The notes: generated by a model from the sequence alone, not told the origin. Counted from the whole stretch's first letter, positions 38,169 through 48,828 are shown. The stretch is 63,835 bases of DNA, filler included, from Lama guanicoe (GCA_013239625.1; 101 parts of 101 records of this genome joined end to end with filler, not necessarily neighbours in it), one strand, 5' to 3'. Numbers and translations: made by a program.

Positions 38169-38321
38169 CCCTTTCTTTTTTTCTGTTTATTTCTTTCTTC
38201 CTTCCTTCCTTTCTTTCCCTTTTTTCTTTCTTTCCTTCCTTCCTTCCTTCCTTCCTCTTTTTTCTTTCTTTCCTTCCTTCCATTTTCTTTTTTTCTTCCT
38301 TCCTTTCTTTCCTTCTTTCTC
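38169..38321. repeat. (CCTT/CTTT)n pyrimidine-rich simple repeat
   Basis: Direct reading. Confidence 0.9.
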
Positions 38322-38329
38322 CAGTTATT

Positions 38330-38676
38330 ATTATGTTTTCCAAACCTACAGAGAAGTTGAAAGAAGGGTTCCATGAACACCTGTATGCCATTCACCTACA
38401 TTAATCCTCATTAATAGTCTGCCACACTTGTTTTTTTCTCTTCTCTCTTTGTATGTGTGTATATGAAACATTATACAAATATGTAATTTTTTTTGCTAAA
38501 TCCTTTGGAAATAAGTACAAACATCATGGCACTTCACTCCTAAGTTTTTTTAGTGTTACAACTTGGCATCCCTCAATAATAAAGACTTTATCTATATAAT
38601 TGCTGTATCAGCTTTACACCTAAAAATAATAATTTTATCATATGTAAATATAATGTATACTCATATTCCACATTCA
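38330..38676 (-). mobile_element. Ancient L1 (L1MC/L1ME-type) 3' region
   Basis: CCAAACCTACAGAGAAGTTGAAAGAA...ATGAACACCTGTAT.CCATTCACC, ACATCATGGCACTTCACTCCTAA. Confidence 0.65.
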
Positions 38677-38776
38677 NNNNNNNNNNNNNNNNNNNNNNNN
38701 NNNNNNNNNNNNNNNNNNNNTTAATTAATTAANNNNNNNNNNNNNNNNNNNNNNNNNNNNNNNNNNNNNNNNNNNN

Positions 38777-39254
38777 ATCAAAGTGTGATTCTTGAAACTG
38801 GTGATAGGAAGAAGCAACGAAGTTCAAGTAAATATATCAAAGTGCATAGGTAACATTTTTGGTGGCTGAAATATCTGTCATGCACATGTTCACGACTCAG
38901 AAATGAATGTTTGAGGAATCCGTGTTGCATGAAACATGTTCGGAATACGGAATGCCTTGGTTATGTAAATAATTGAAATTACATATGTAATTTTGAGAAT
39001 ATGCTCAAAGAGTTTTTTCTGGTTCCAAATGTCCGATTTTAGAATCTGGTGATACATAAAACCTATGAAGTCAGATTAAATATTTTAAAGTGTATATATG
39101 CCTTGTTTGGTGGATGAAAGTTCAGTAATCCACATGCTGAGAACTCAGAAACATATGTTTTCCGAATCCGTCATGCATTTAGCATGTACGGAACCCGGAA
39201 TGCCGTGTTGATGGAATTCATTTAATTTATATATCTATTAGGTGGAAAAAGCTC
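38777..39254 (-). repeat. Highly diverged 248-bp tandem repeat related to family B (family B-old)
   Basis: CTGGTGATA at 38798/39046 and GGAATGCC at 38949/39197 (period 248); motifs colinear with the family B minus strand. Confidence 0.8.
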
Positions 39255-39354
39255 NNNNNNNNNNNNNNNNNNNNNNNNNNNNNNNNNNNNNNNNNNNNTT
39301 AATTAATTAANNNNNNNNNNNNNNNNNNNNNNNNNNNNNNNNNNNNNNNNNNNN

Positions 39355-39414
39355 AACCCAGGACCTTGTGCATGCTAAGCATGTGCTCTATCACTTGAGC
39401 TATGCCCTGCCTCC
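39355..39414 (-). mobile_element. tRNA(Ala)-derived camelid-type SINE, 5' part
   Basis: Reverse complement GGCAGGGCATAGCTCAAGTGATAGAGCACATGCTTAGCATGCACAAGGTCCTGGGTT (A box and start of B box). Confidence 0.85.
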
Positions 39415-39537
39415 TACAAAAACATGTATTAAGGCCATTTGTACACGCTGCTGGACAGTGGGAGGTCCAGTGCCTCCTACCAGTCTGCAGCCACGAGGGG
39501 TGTCCTGCTCATGTGTGCAACCTTTTGTGTGTTTCAG

Positions 39538-39721
39538 GTGACCCGGTTCCTGCCAGCTATGGGAGGAATGGCCAGGATGGTGGGCGAGGCCCCTCAGGGG
39601 TGGCAGGCCTCCCTGGTGTGCCTGGCTCCCCAGGACCTCCTGGCCCTCCTGCTTTCTGCGAGCCAGCCTCCTGCACCGTGCAGGCTGGTCACGGGCATTT
39701 AGCGAAGGTCCTGACTAGTGA
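39538..39721 (+). pseudogene. COL9A1: Collagen IX alpha-1 terminal exon, apparently disrupted copy retaining the upstream intron acceptor and 3'UTR
   Basis: Acceptor TTTTGTGTGTTTCAG then [51 protein letters not shown], versus human [51 protein letters not shown] (from memory). 1-nt deletion before RAFSEGPD*. Gene identity is strong; pseudogene status is moderate. Confidence 0.8.
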
Positions 39722-40075
39722 AAGGCTTAGCACTGCGCCGCTGTCAGCGTAAACCACACTTGGAGAGGAAGCTTGGGAGAGAAGCACTGCCCGAAGCGAG
39801 GGCAGGGGGATGCTGCCTCACCTTCAGGTTTATTCCGGAAGACCCACCTGACAGTCAGAAATCCTCTTCCCTTTCCTGTAGATGGGAGCCAGCAGAGCCG
39901 TCAGTGACACAAACAAAACCCCTCCTTTGAAGCAAATTTACAGTCCTGTCCCCGGGACCGTAAGCCTTAGCGTGCNNNNNNNNNNNNNNNNNNNNNNNNN
40001 NNNNNNNNNNNNNNNNNNNTTAATTAATTAANNNNNNNNNNNNNNNNNNNNNNNNNNNNNNNNNNNNNNNNNNNN

Positions 40076-40715
40076 CTGGATTCCAGCATCGAGCTAGCCA
40101 CCGCCAGCTGCGTGTGATTTGGGGAAAGCTGGCCCATCTCTCAAACCCTCAGCTACAAAAAAGGAGACACTGATACCTACCCTCAAACACCTGCTATGAA
40201 GTAAAACATGAGGAAAGCATTTTAGCCTTAGGTAGGTGTCCACTCAGATTGAGTTTGGTCATTATGATGATGAGGATGGCTGTTAATAAATTAAGCTAGA
40301 CCGAAAAGAAGAAATCACCATAAAGGAGAAACATTTTAAGTCAATTAGCATTTCCTTTTAGATGGATTGCAGAATATTCTATTGATTTTTTTTAATAAAC
40401 CAAATTTTGTCCATTAATTGTAGATTTACAGGTTCATGGACAAGTCTCCAGAAAAAGAATTAGAGGCCTTTAACCTCTGAAAACTAAGATGAAAATTTTT
40501 TAAAAAATCAGGGAAGAGATTATACCTCATTTGGGAGAGTATGTGCTTAGCATGCATGAGGCCCTCAGTTCAGTCCCCATTAACTCCATCAAAAAATCTT
40601 GTTTTTTAAGAAATAGAGAATTAAAGCAAAAAGATGGAGGAATACAGAAATTTTTAGAGACTCATTTCAGATTTAAGATGGGGAAGAAACCATCCAATTC
40701 TCAGAAGAATTCTTG
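40076..40715 (-). repeat. Duplicated segment (paralog of 11916-12486) with decayed SINE at ~40511-40596 (+) and a MIR piece
   Basis: Reverse-complement colinearity; shared SINE lesions GATTATACCTCA and GAGGCCCTCAGTTCAGTCCCC. Confidence 0.88.
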
Positions 40716-40815
40716 NNNNNNNNNNNNNNNNNNNNNNNNNNNNNNNNNNNNNNNNNNNNTTAATTAATTAANNNNNNNNNNNNNNNNNNNNNNNNNNNNN
40801 NNNNNNNNNNNNNNN

Positions 40816-41164
40816 GAAGGACGGCTTTCACACACGCTTTACTCTCAAAACTGAGCATGTGGAGGGACGATCTTTCATCTAGCACAAAGGGAACAGGTTG
40901 CAGCAGAAACACTTACTCTGGTTCCTCAGACTTTTTCCTAGTGCCGATTTGAAGTTCCTGCAGTTTTCCCTGTAAAACCGAGTTGGAGCTTGTACCTCCC
41001 CATATATATGTATGGAGTGGAGTCTGCAACTGAAGAGAAACTTTGTGTTCCCAACAAGCTAGGTGAAGGACGGCTTTCACAGACGCTTAACTTTCAAAAC
41101 TGAGCATGTGGAGAAACGTTCGTTCATCTAGCACAAAGGGCACAGGTTGCAGGAGAAACACTTA
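40816..41164 (+). repeat. 249-bp satellite (family B)
   Basis: About 1.4 monomers. Confidence 0.94.
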
Positions 41165-41264
41165 NNNNNNNNNNNNNNNNNNNNNNNNNNNNNNNNNNNN
41201 NNNNNNNNTTAATTAATTAANNNNNNNNNNNNNNNNNNNNNNNNNNNNNNNNNNNNNNNNNNNN

Positions 41265-41957
41265 TGGTCCTAGTTCAGTGCCAGGACCCAGTCGGTGGCG
41301 GGGTGAAGGCTCTTGGGATGGAGACCCGGTGGGACGAGCAGGAGGGGCCCCACCTGGCTCCTCCCGGCCCCAGCGGCCAGGGCCGGTAAAGCAGGAGACC
41401 CACCCGAGCAGTTTGCGCTGCGGGCGGGAGGAGGAGGGGCGCGCACGCGCAGACGGACAGACGCGCGGACGCCGGAACCCACCCAGAACGCGTGGAAGCT
41501 GGCGGCAGCCGGTTTCTCCTGGATCAGCTCCTGGAAGAGGAACACGGCCTGGGGTCTGGGCCGCCGCTTGCCCGCGGCTTGGCTGCCGCTGCCGGGCAGT
41601 TAAGAGGGCGCTGGTGGGGACGCGCTGCTCGGGAGCCGGCGGGTGACTCCTGGGCTGTGCAGCTGAGGAGGAGCCCAGGGAGGGGTGCGGAGGTGAGGTC
41701 CCGGCCGCGCGTCCAGTTAGGACCCTGAGGCGGGTCCCAGCCGCTGCTGTGGTTCGTGGCAACCCCGGTATTAGTAGTTCCTTAACCCCGCGTTTTTGCC
41801 GCCGCTTATACCCGGGTTTAGGAAAGCAGGTACAGCGCCGGGAGGTGGGAGGGCGCCGGACGGTTCCAGAGCATCTCCAGTTGGCCCTCAGACGATGGCC
41901 TGCTCCTGGCAGGGGGGTGCGGTGCGGTCGCGGGGCCTCGGATGGAATGGGGACTGC
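41265..41957. promoter_or_regulatory. CpG island, probable promoter/first exon of an unidentified gene
   Basis: Very GC/CpG-rich; candidate donor GAG|GTGAGG at 41693; no recognisable protein. Confidence 0.55.
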
Positions 41958-42057
41958 NNNNNNNNNNNNNNNNNNNNNNNNNNNNNNNNNNNNNNNNNNN
42001 NTTAATTAATTAANNNNNNNNNNNNNNNNNNNNNNNNNNNNNNNNNNNNNNNNNNNN

Positions 42058-42797
42058 CGACCAGCTCCACCACCACAGGTGAGGCCAACGCAATAGGGAT
42101 GGGTGCCGTGGTGTCGTCACACGGGGTCCCCATTACTCAGAGACGTCTCAACTGGCCAATGAAAGTTCTGACACACACCCAAACAACAAATATCATCCCA
42201 CGAACAAAAGATCAAACAAGGTGTGGCCCCCAAATTCCACTTTCACTCCCAGACGGAGACCTCCAAACAGAATGGCCCAGCTCTCAAAAGAGAACAGACC
42301 CAGAGTGGCTCCCAATGAGCCCAGTATGGCTCTCTCCCTGCAAGGGAAGGAGCCCAGGTGGAGCGGGTGGAATTTTCCCATCCTGGGTAAGCCGGAGTGG
42401 CTCACCCCCAAGACCATACACACAGAAACACAAACAACAAATAACCTACGGTCACATTGACAGACCATCAGAGGAGGCGTAGTCCAAAAATTCCACTTCC
42501 ACTCCCTAACGGAGGCCTCCAAATGTATGGGCCCAGAGAACAGGCCCAGAGTGGGTCGCGAGGAGCCCACAGCAGCTCACTTCCTGGTGGGAAGAAGTCC
42601 AGATAGAGTGGAGAGAATTCCCAGCCTGTGAGAGCTGGAGCTACTCACCCCCAGGCGACTCCAAACGTGGACTGGAGCTCCAGACGTTTCTAGCTCCAGA
42701 CAGCCTTGTACTGCGGGGCGGCGGAAGCCTGTCTGGGAGAGTCCCTACCGGTTCCCGGAGGGAAGTGAGCTCCAGCAGCTGCTGGGACCCAGGGAAG
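42058..42797 (-). mobile_element. ERV1-class internal 5' leader region with a ~256-bp internal duplication
   Basis: CAGCCTTGTACTGCGGGGC...GAGAGTCCCTACCGGTTCC...GTGAGCTCCAGCAGCTGC resembles antisense ERV leaders; AAATTCCACT at 42232/42488. Confidence 0.6.
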
Positions 42798-42897
42798 NNN
42801 NNNNNNNNNNNNNNNNNNNNNNNNNNNNNNNNNNNNNNNNNTTAATTAATTAANNNNNNNNNNNNNNNNNNNNNNNNNNNNNNNNNNNNNNNNNNNN

Positions 42898-43418
42898 GCT
42901 CTCTTCAGTCACAGGTGTTCCCTGCTCGGGGAAGTGCGAGAAATAGATTCCCTGACCTTGGGGCGTCGGCCTCTGCCACTGGGAATTCCTGCAACCCCCC
43001 CTAGCATTCCCTGGCACAGAGAAATGAGGAAAACACTTAGGGGAGACGAGCACAGGCACTCCCTTAGAACCCACGCGCTTCCGACCGTTGGTGGAACCTC
43101 CCCACGCTCAGGATTCCGGAACCATTGTCATTGAGTGGGGGAGCTCGAGAGACACCTCCACGCAGCTCTCTTCAGTCACAGGTGTTCCCTGCTCGGGGAA
43201 GTCTGAGAAATACCTTCCCTGCCTTTGGGGACGCCGCCTCTGTCACTGGGATTTCCTGCAACCACCCCTAGCATTCCCTGGCACAGAGAAATGAGGAAAA
43301 CACTTAGGGGAGACGAGCACAGGCACTCCCTTAGAACCCACGCGCTTCCGACCGTTGGTGGAACCTCCACACCCTCAGGATTCCGGAACCGAAGTCATTG
43401 AGTGGGGGATCTCGAGAG
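42898..43418 (+). repeat. 267-bp satellite (family A, variant subfamily)
   Basis: Diagnostic GAGCACAGGCA.TCCCTTAG and GTCATTGAGTGGGG shared with 48153-48828. Confidence 0.95.
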
Positions 43419-43559
43419 NNNNNNNNNNNNNNNNNNNNNNNNNNNNNNNNNNNNNNNNNNNNTTAATTAATTAANNNNNNNNNNNNNNNNNNNNNNNNNN
43501 NNNNNNNNNNNNNNNNNNAGGACATTGAAAGATAGAAAGAAGTATACATTAAGTAGAGT

Positions 43560-43740
43560 AGCAACAACGATAATCTACATATATAAGGGAATTATAAACA
43601 ATAGCTTAAAATAATTGTATGTTACAAGTATTGTAATACTTCATAATGCAATATAATCTGCAAACTGGTTGGAATCACTATGCTGCACATCTGAAATTAC
43701 ACAATATTATACATCTAATGTACTTCAATTAACAATAAAA
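43560..43740 (+). mobile_element. LINE-1 3' end, diverged
   Basis: GAATCACTATGCTGCACATCTGAAATTACACAATATTATACATC..TGTACTTCAATT. Confidence 0.7.
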
Positions 43741-44547
43741 CATATCATGTATAATTTAGTCCTTTTTCCGCTGATAGCATCTTCCTTTAATATTGTTTCA
43801 TTTTACTCTTCACTTTTTATGATTACTCTTTCAAATAATTTCTTTTACTCTTGTGAAAATGATACCAGTTTTAAGTATCTATATTTATTGCACCTGATTT
43901 CCTCTTCTTCTCTCTTTAATCNNNNNNNNNNNNNNNNNNNNNNNNNNNNNNNNNNNNNNNNNNNNTTAATTAATTAANNNNNNNNNNNNNNNNNNNNNNN
44001 NNNNNNNNNNNNNNNNNNNNNCATTTCCTGAAGGGGACGGGGCAGAGGAGGTGCCGGACAGCCTGTGAGGAGTCCGTACTGTCTAGCAAGTCACCGAGGG
44101 ATCTCTCATGGAAGCAAGGGTTCCAGTGGGGCCCTGACATTGCCCTACATTTTGCAAGGACCTGGGGACCGGCAAAGGTCACGTCACCCCGTGTCAAGGA
44201 ATAGCTGAAGGCAGTCTTTATGCCTGGAGCCTGTCAGACCAGGGGTGCTGGCATGGGGTTTGCAAGGCGACATGGAAGACCTTGCTTCTGATGTACCTGT
44301 CTCCCTTTCTCTCATCTTGCCATGATATGGTTTCAACAAATAATTTAAAAAGTATACGAACGAAAGAGAATTTAAACGAAATGAAGACCAAAAAAAAACC
44401 ACTGAAAAACAAAACAAAACAAGACTGAGTGTAAGGAACAACTTCTTNNNNNNNNNNNNNNNNNNNNNNNNNNNNNNNNNNNNNNNNNNNNTTAATTAAT
44501 TAANNNNNNNNNNNNNNNNNNNNNNNNNNNNNNNNNNNNNNNNNNNN

Positions 44548-45343
44548 TGTAGAACACAGTATATAGAATATAGAATACAGTATATAGAACCCAGAACTTA
44601 GAACATGGATAACAGAACACAGAATTCAGAATATTGAATACAGAAAAATGAATATAGAAATTATAATATACAATGTAGAACACAGAATATAGAAAATAGA
44701 AAGTGCAATGTAGAAATTAGAATACAGAATATAGAATATAGAAAAGAGAATATAGAATATGGAAAACAGAATACAGAACCGAGAATTTAGAACATGGAAT
44801 GCAGAACACAGAATTTAGAATATAGAATACAGAATACAGAATACAGAATTTCGAATATAGAATGTAGAACGCAGAGTATAGAATATAGAATACGGAATGC
44901 AGAATATAGAATGCAGAATATATAATTAAGAACACAACATATTCAATATATAAAACAGAATTTAGAAACCAGAATTTAAAATGGAATCAGAACACAGAAT
45001 TTAGATTATAGAATACAGAATACTGAATATAGAATTTAGAATATAGAATGTAGAACGCAGAGTATAGAATATAGAATACGGAATGCAGAATATAGAATAC
45101 AGAATACTGAATATAGAATTTAGAATATAGAATGTAGAAAACATAATATAGAATATAAAACACGGAATGAAATATATAGAACGTACAATATAGAATGAAG
45201 AACAAAAAATATAAAATATAGAATAGAGAATATAGAACCCAGAATTAAGAAATAGAGTGCAGAACAGAGAATTTATAATATTGAATACAGAATGCTGAAC
45301 ACAGATTTTAGAATATAGAATGTAGAACACAGAAAAAAAGATT
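44548..45343 (+). repeat. Heptamer satellite (family C)
   Basis: AGAATAT/AGAATAC/AGAACAC 7-mers. Confidence 0.95.
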
Positions 45344-45443
45344 NNNNNNNNNNNNNNNNNNNNNNNNNNNNNNNNNNNNNNNNNNNNTTAATTAATTAAN
45401 NNNNNNNNNNNNNNNNNNNNNNNNNNNNNNNNNNNNNNNNNNN

Positions 45444-45735
45444 CGCTCGGCCCACGCCGCGCCTTGCGGAGGGACCGCGCCGCCGCCGCTGCAGCCGCCG
45501 CGGCTGGCGGGTGGGAGCAGGGCCGGCGCCCCCGGGGAGACCCGCAGAGCCGCCACCCGCTCGACCAACTGCCGCCTGCGCACCTGATGAAATGACCACT
45601 GGGTGGGCGGAGAGGGGCGCGGCAGAGGAGGGCGCAGGGGCGGGGAAGAGGGCACAAGGGCGGGGCTCGGCAGCACGCGCGGATTGGCTCTCGTGGCCTG
45701 TGGGCGGGGCTGCGCGCTCAGGGCGGGGACACAGG
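45444..45735 (-). promoter_or_regulatory. CpG-island promoter: five GGGCGG boxes and a CCAAT box upstream of a GC-rich 5'UTR-like tract
   Basis: GGGCGG at 45605, 45638, 45658, 45702 and 45721; ATTGG at 45683-45687; GCC-rich tract at 45478-45501. Strand is inferred. Confidence 0.65.
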
Positions 45736-45769
45736 TAGAAGCTGCAGTCTACCCAGATTTCAGAGTAAT

Positions 45770-45983
45770 AGTGGGTCTAAATTAGAGGTCAGTAACCAAG
45801 ATCATTCAGACGTCAGGTGGCAGTTGGGTATGAGTCTCCATTGCGGGGGCAGGGCAGGTCTGAAGATAAACATTTGGGAGTCACCAACATGTAGAAGGAT
45901 TCTGTGAGAAGGATAAGCTCACTTCAGTGGATACAACAGAGACTAAAAAGGGTCCAGCACTAAACTCTGCAGGTCTTTCAAAT
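45770..45983 (-). mobile_element. L2 LINE fragment
   Basis: GGCAGTTGGGTATGAGTCT, ATTTGGGAGTCACCAACATGTAGA (antisense of a degenerate YADDSQI). Confidence 0.7.
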
Positions 45984-46083
45984 NNNNNNNNNNNNNNNNN
46001 NNNNNNNNNNNNNNNNNNNNNNNNNNNTTAATTAATTAANNNNNNNNNNNNNNNNNNNNNNNNNNNNNNNNNNNNNNNNNNNN

Positions 46084-46408
46084 TATATTCTAAATTCTGT
46101 GTTCTGCATTCTATGTTCTAAATTCTGTGTTCCTTATTCTCAAATCTATATTGTCAATTCTGTGTTCTACATTCTATATTCTAAATTCTGTGTTCTGCAT
46201 TCTATGTTCTAAATTCTGGGTTCCATATTCTCAAATCTATATTGTCAATTCTGTGTTCTACATTCTTTATTCTAAATTCTATATTCAGTATTCCTTATTC
46301 TTTATTCTAAATTCTGCGTTCAACATTCTATATTCGAAATTCTATATTCAGTATTCTGCATTTTATATTCCAAATTCTGTGTTCTGCATTCCATGTTCTA
46401 AAATCTAT
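46084..46408 (-). repeat. Heptamer satellite (family C)
   Basis: 7-mer tandem. Confidence 0.95.
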
Positions 46409-47209
46409 NNNNNNNNNNNNNNNNNNNNNNNNNNNNNNNNNNNNNNNNNNNNTTAATTAATTAANNNNNNNNNNNNNNNNNNNNNNNNNNNNNNNNNNNN
46501 NNNNNNNNCTTCTCAGTTCTGTTGCCCGGTGGGCTTTTGGCTCCTGCCTGGGCCGGGGCCCCTGGTGTGGAAGTGCAAGGAGGGGGGATCTCAAGAAAGG
46601 GTTCAGGAGGCTGAGGGAGGGTGGTCCGCCTGTCGCAGCACCCCAGGGAGCCAGTCAGCGTCTGTTCAGTTGAATTGCTAGGGCCAGGCCCCCAGGGCAC
46701 CACCTGCCCAGGCGCCCCGGCCACAGCTTTCCAGGGCCAGGTGTGCACCTGCCGCCTCTCACCCAGCCAGGTTAACCTCAGTCCGCGGCTGACGTGCCCT
46801 TCACCTCTCCCACCCACGAGTCCTCTCCTCCCTGGCTGCCTGTCCTCAGCTGCCTGCCCAGCCCCGCCCCTGGGCGGGCTGCGTCCAGGGCGCGCGGTGT
46901 CTGCGGACCCAGACGGGGCTGGGGCTGGGGCTGGAGCTGGGGCTGGCATCTGAGAGGGGCTGCAGCCCACGTTTCCAACCCCACCCCCCGCTTTCCCTGC
47001 CCCGCGACCCTGGGGCTGCACTGCTCTCCCTTTCCCTCTCCCTGAGGACCAGCTCAGTGTCGTGGGCACTGCTCCCTGGGCTGAGAGCCTCAGGCAGTGA
47101 CGCCCAGCTNNNNNNNNNNNNNNNNNNNNNNNNNNNNNNNNNNNNNNNNNNNNTTAATTAATTAANNNNNNNNNNNNNNNNNNNNNNNNNNNNNNNNNNN
47201 NNNNNNNNN

Positions 47210-47680
47210 TGCTCAGGTATCCTGATTGTGGGGAGGCTCCTCCAAATGAGAGCAGCGCATGGGTTCTAATAGAATCCCTTAGATTGTCTTCCCTGATGTC
47301 ATGCCTAGGCTGGAGAGAGTGGGAAAAAGGGGGTTGGTCTCTAAACCAAGTATTAGAGAGACCCTATCCATGGGATTTGGGATTTTAACCAACAACCCAC
47401 AACCATGGAATAAATGTGCCCCCAGAAAATGCTTTGACTCTTTCCCTACATCCACCACACACACGAAGAAGTGTTCTGGTATTCTGAGTGTGGGGAAGTT
47501 CCTCAAACTGACAGCAGCACCTGGATTCTATTAGTATCCCTTAGCTTCTGTTCCCTGAGTGTTCCTTTAGGCCAGGCCATGAGGGAAAGCTGGGGTATGG
47601 GCTTGAAGGCCAAGTAGCATTGACTGCCAATTGATCCATTGAGGAAGTACTTAGAGGAATTCTCCCTAAACGGAACACCT
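47210..47680 (-). repeat. Diverged relative of the 267-bp satellite (family A-old)
   Basis: GTATCCTGATTGTGGGGAGG at 47217 / GTATTCTGAGTGTGGGGAAG at 47479 (period 262); GCAGCGCATGGGTTCTAAT; ends GGAACACCT. Confidence 0.85.
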
Positions 47681-47780
47681 NNNNNNNNNNNNNNNNNNNN
47701 NNNNNNNNNNNNNNNNNNNNNNNNTTAATTAATTAANNNNNNNNNNNNNNNNNNNNNNNNNNNNNNNNNNNNNNNNNNNN

Positions 47781-48052
47781 ACATTCTATATTCTAAATTG
47801 TATATTCAGTATTATGTATTCTATATTCTTAATTTTGTTTTCTACATTCTATATCCTAAATTATATATTCAGTATTATGTATTCTATAATTTATTACTGT
47901 GTTCTGCTTTCCATGTTCTAAATTCTGGGTCCTTTATTCTATATTCTGTATTTATATTCTGTGTTCTACATTCTTTGTTCTAAACTCTATATTCAGTATT
48001 CTGTATTGTATATTATAATTTCTGTGTTCTGCATTCCTTGTTCTAAATTCTA
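47781..48052 (-). repeat. Heptamer satellite (family C)
   Basis: 7-mer tandem. Confidence 0.93.
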
Positions 48053-48152
48053 NNNNNNNNNNNNNNNNNNNNNNNNNNNNNNNNNNNNNNNNNNNNTTAA
48101 TTAATTAANNNNNNNNNNNNNNNNNNNNNNNNNNNNNNNNNNNNNNNNNNNN

Positions 48153-48828
48153 ACCAACGGTCGGCAGCGCGTGGGTTCAAAGGGAATGCCTGTGCTCATC
48201 TAACCTGAGGGTATTCCTCATGTCTCAGTGCCAGGGAATGCTAGAGGGGTTTGCAGGAAATCCCAGTGACAGAGGCTGCCTCCCCAAGGTCAGGGAAGGT
48301 ATTTCTCAGACTTCCCCGAGCAGGGAACATCTGTGACTTAAGAGAAATGCGTGGAGTTGTCTCTCTAGCTCCCCCACTCAATGACAATGGTTCTGGAATC
48401 CTGAGCGTGGGGAGGTTCCATCAACGGTAGGCAGCGCGTGGGTTCTAAGGGAATGCCTGTGCTCGTCTCCCCTGAGGGTTTTCCACAAATCTCTGTGCCC
48501 GGGAATGCTAGGGTGTGTTGCAGGAAATCCCTAAGAAAGAGGATGCCTCCCCAAGGTCAGGGAAGTTATTTCTCGGACTTCCCCGAGCAGGGAACACCTG
48601 TGACTGAAGAGAGCTGCGTGGAGTTGTCTCTCGAGATCCCCCACTCAATGAAAATGGTTCCGGAATCCTGAGCGTGGGGAGGTTCCACCAACGGTCGGCA
48701 GCGCGTGGGTTCAAAGGGAATGCCTGTGCTCTTCTCCCGTGAGGGTTTTCCTCATGTCTCTGTGCCAGGGAATGCTATTGGCGGTTGCAGGAAATCCCAG
48801 TGACAGAGGCTGCCTCCCCAAGGTCAGG
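48153..48828 (-). repeat. 267-bp satellite (family A, variant subfamily)
   Basis: About 2.5 monomers; GGGAATGCCTGTGCTC and CCCCACTCAATGA variants. Confidence 0.95.

Noticed and set aside
38113..38395. K/E/R-rich ORFs
   Set aside because: Translation of a (CCTT/CTTT)n simple repeat.
39355..39414. tRNA-Ala gene
   Set aside because: Truncated and degenerate, and matches the SINE head also seen at 12010, 40511 and 63444.
41217..41762. Overlapping Pro/Gly/Arg/Ala-rich ORFs in GC-rich contigs (also 32-295, 45388-45785, 46461-47069)
   Set aside because: Expected from stop scarcity in CpG islands; open in several frames at once and no recognisable protein.
46915..46946. (GGGGCT)n run as an immunoglobulin switch region
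   Set aside because: Only about five units; switch regions are kilobases of GAGCT/GGGGT repeats. At most a local G-quadruplex-prone tract.
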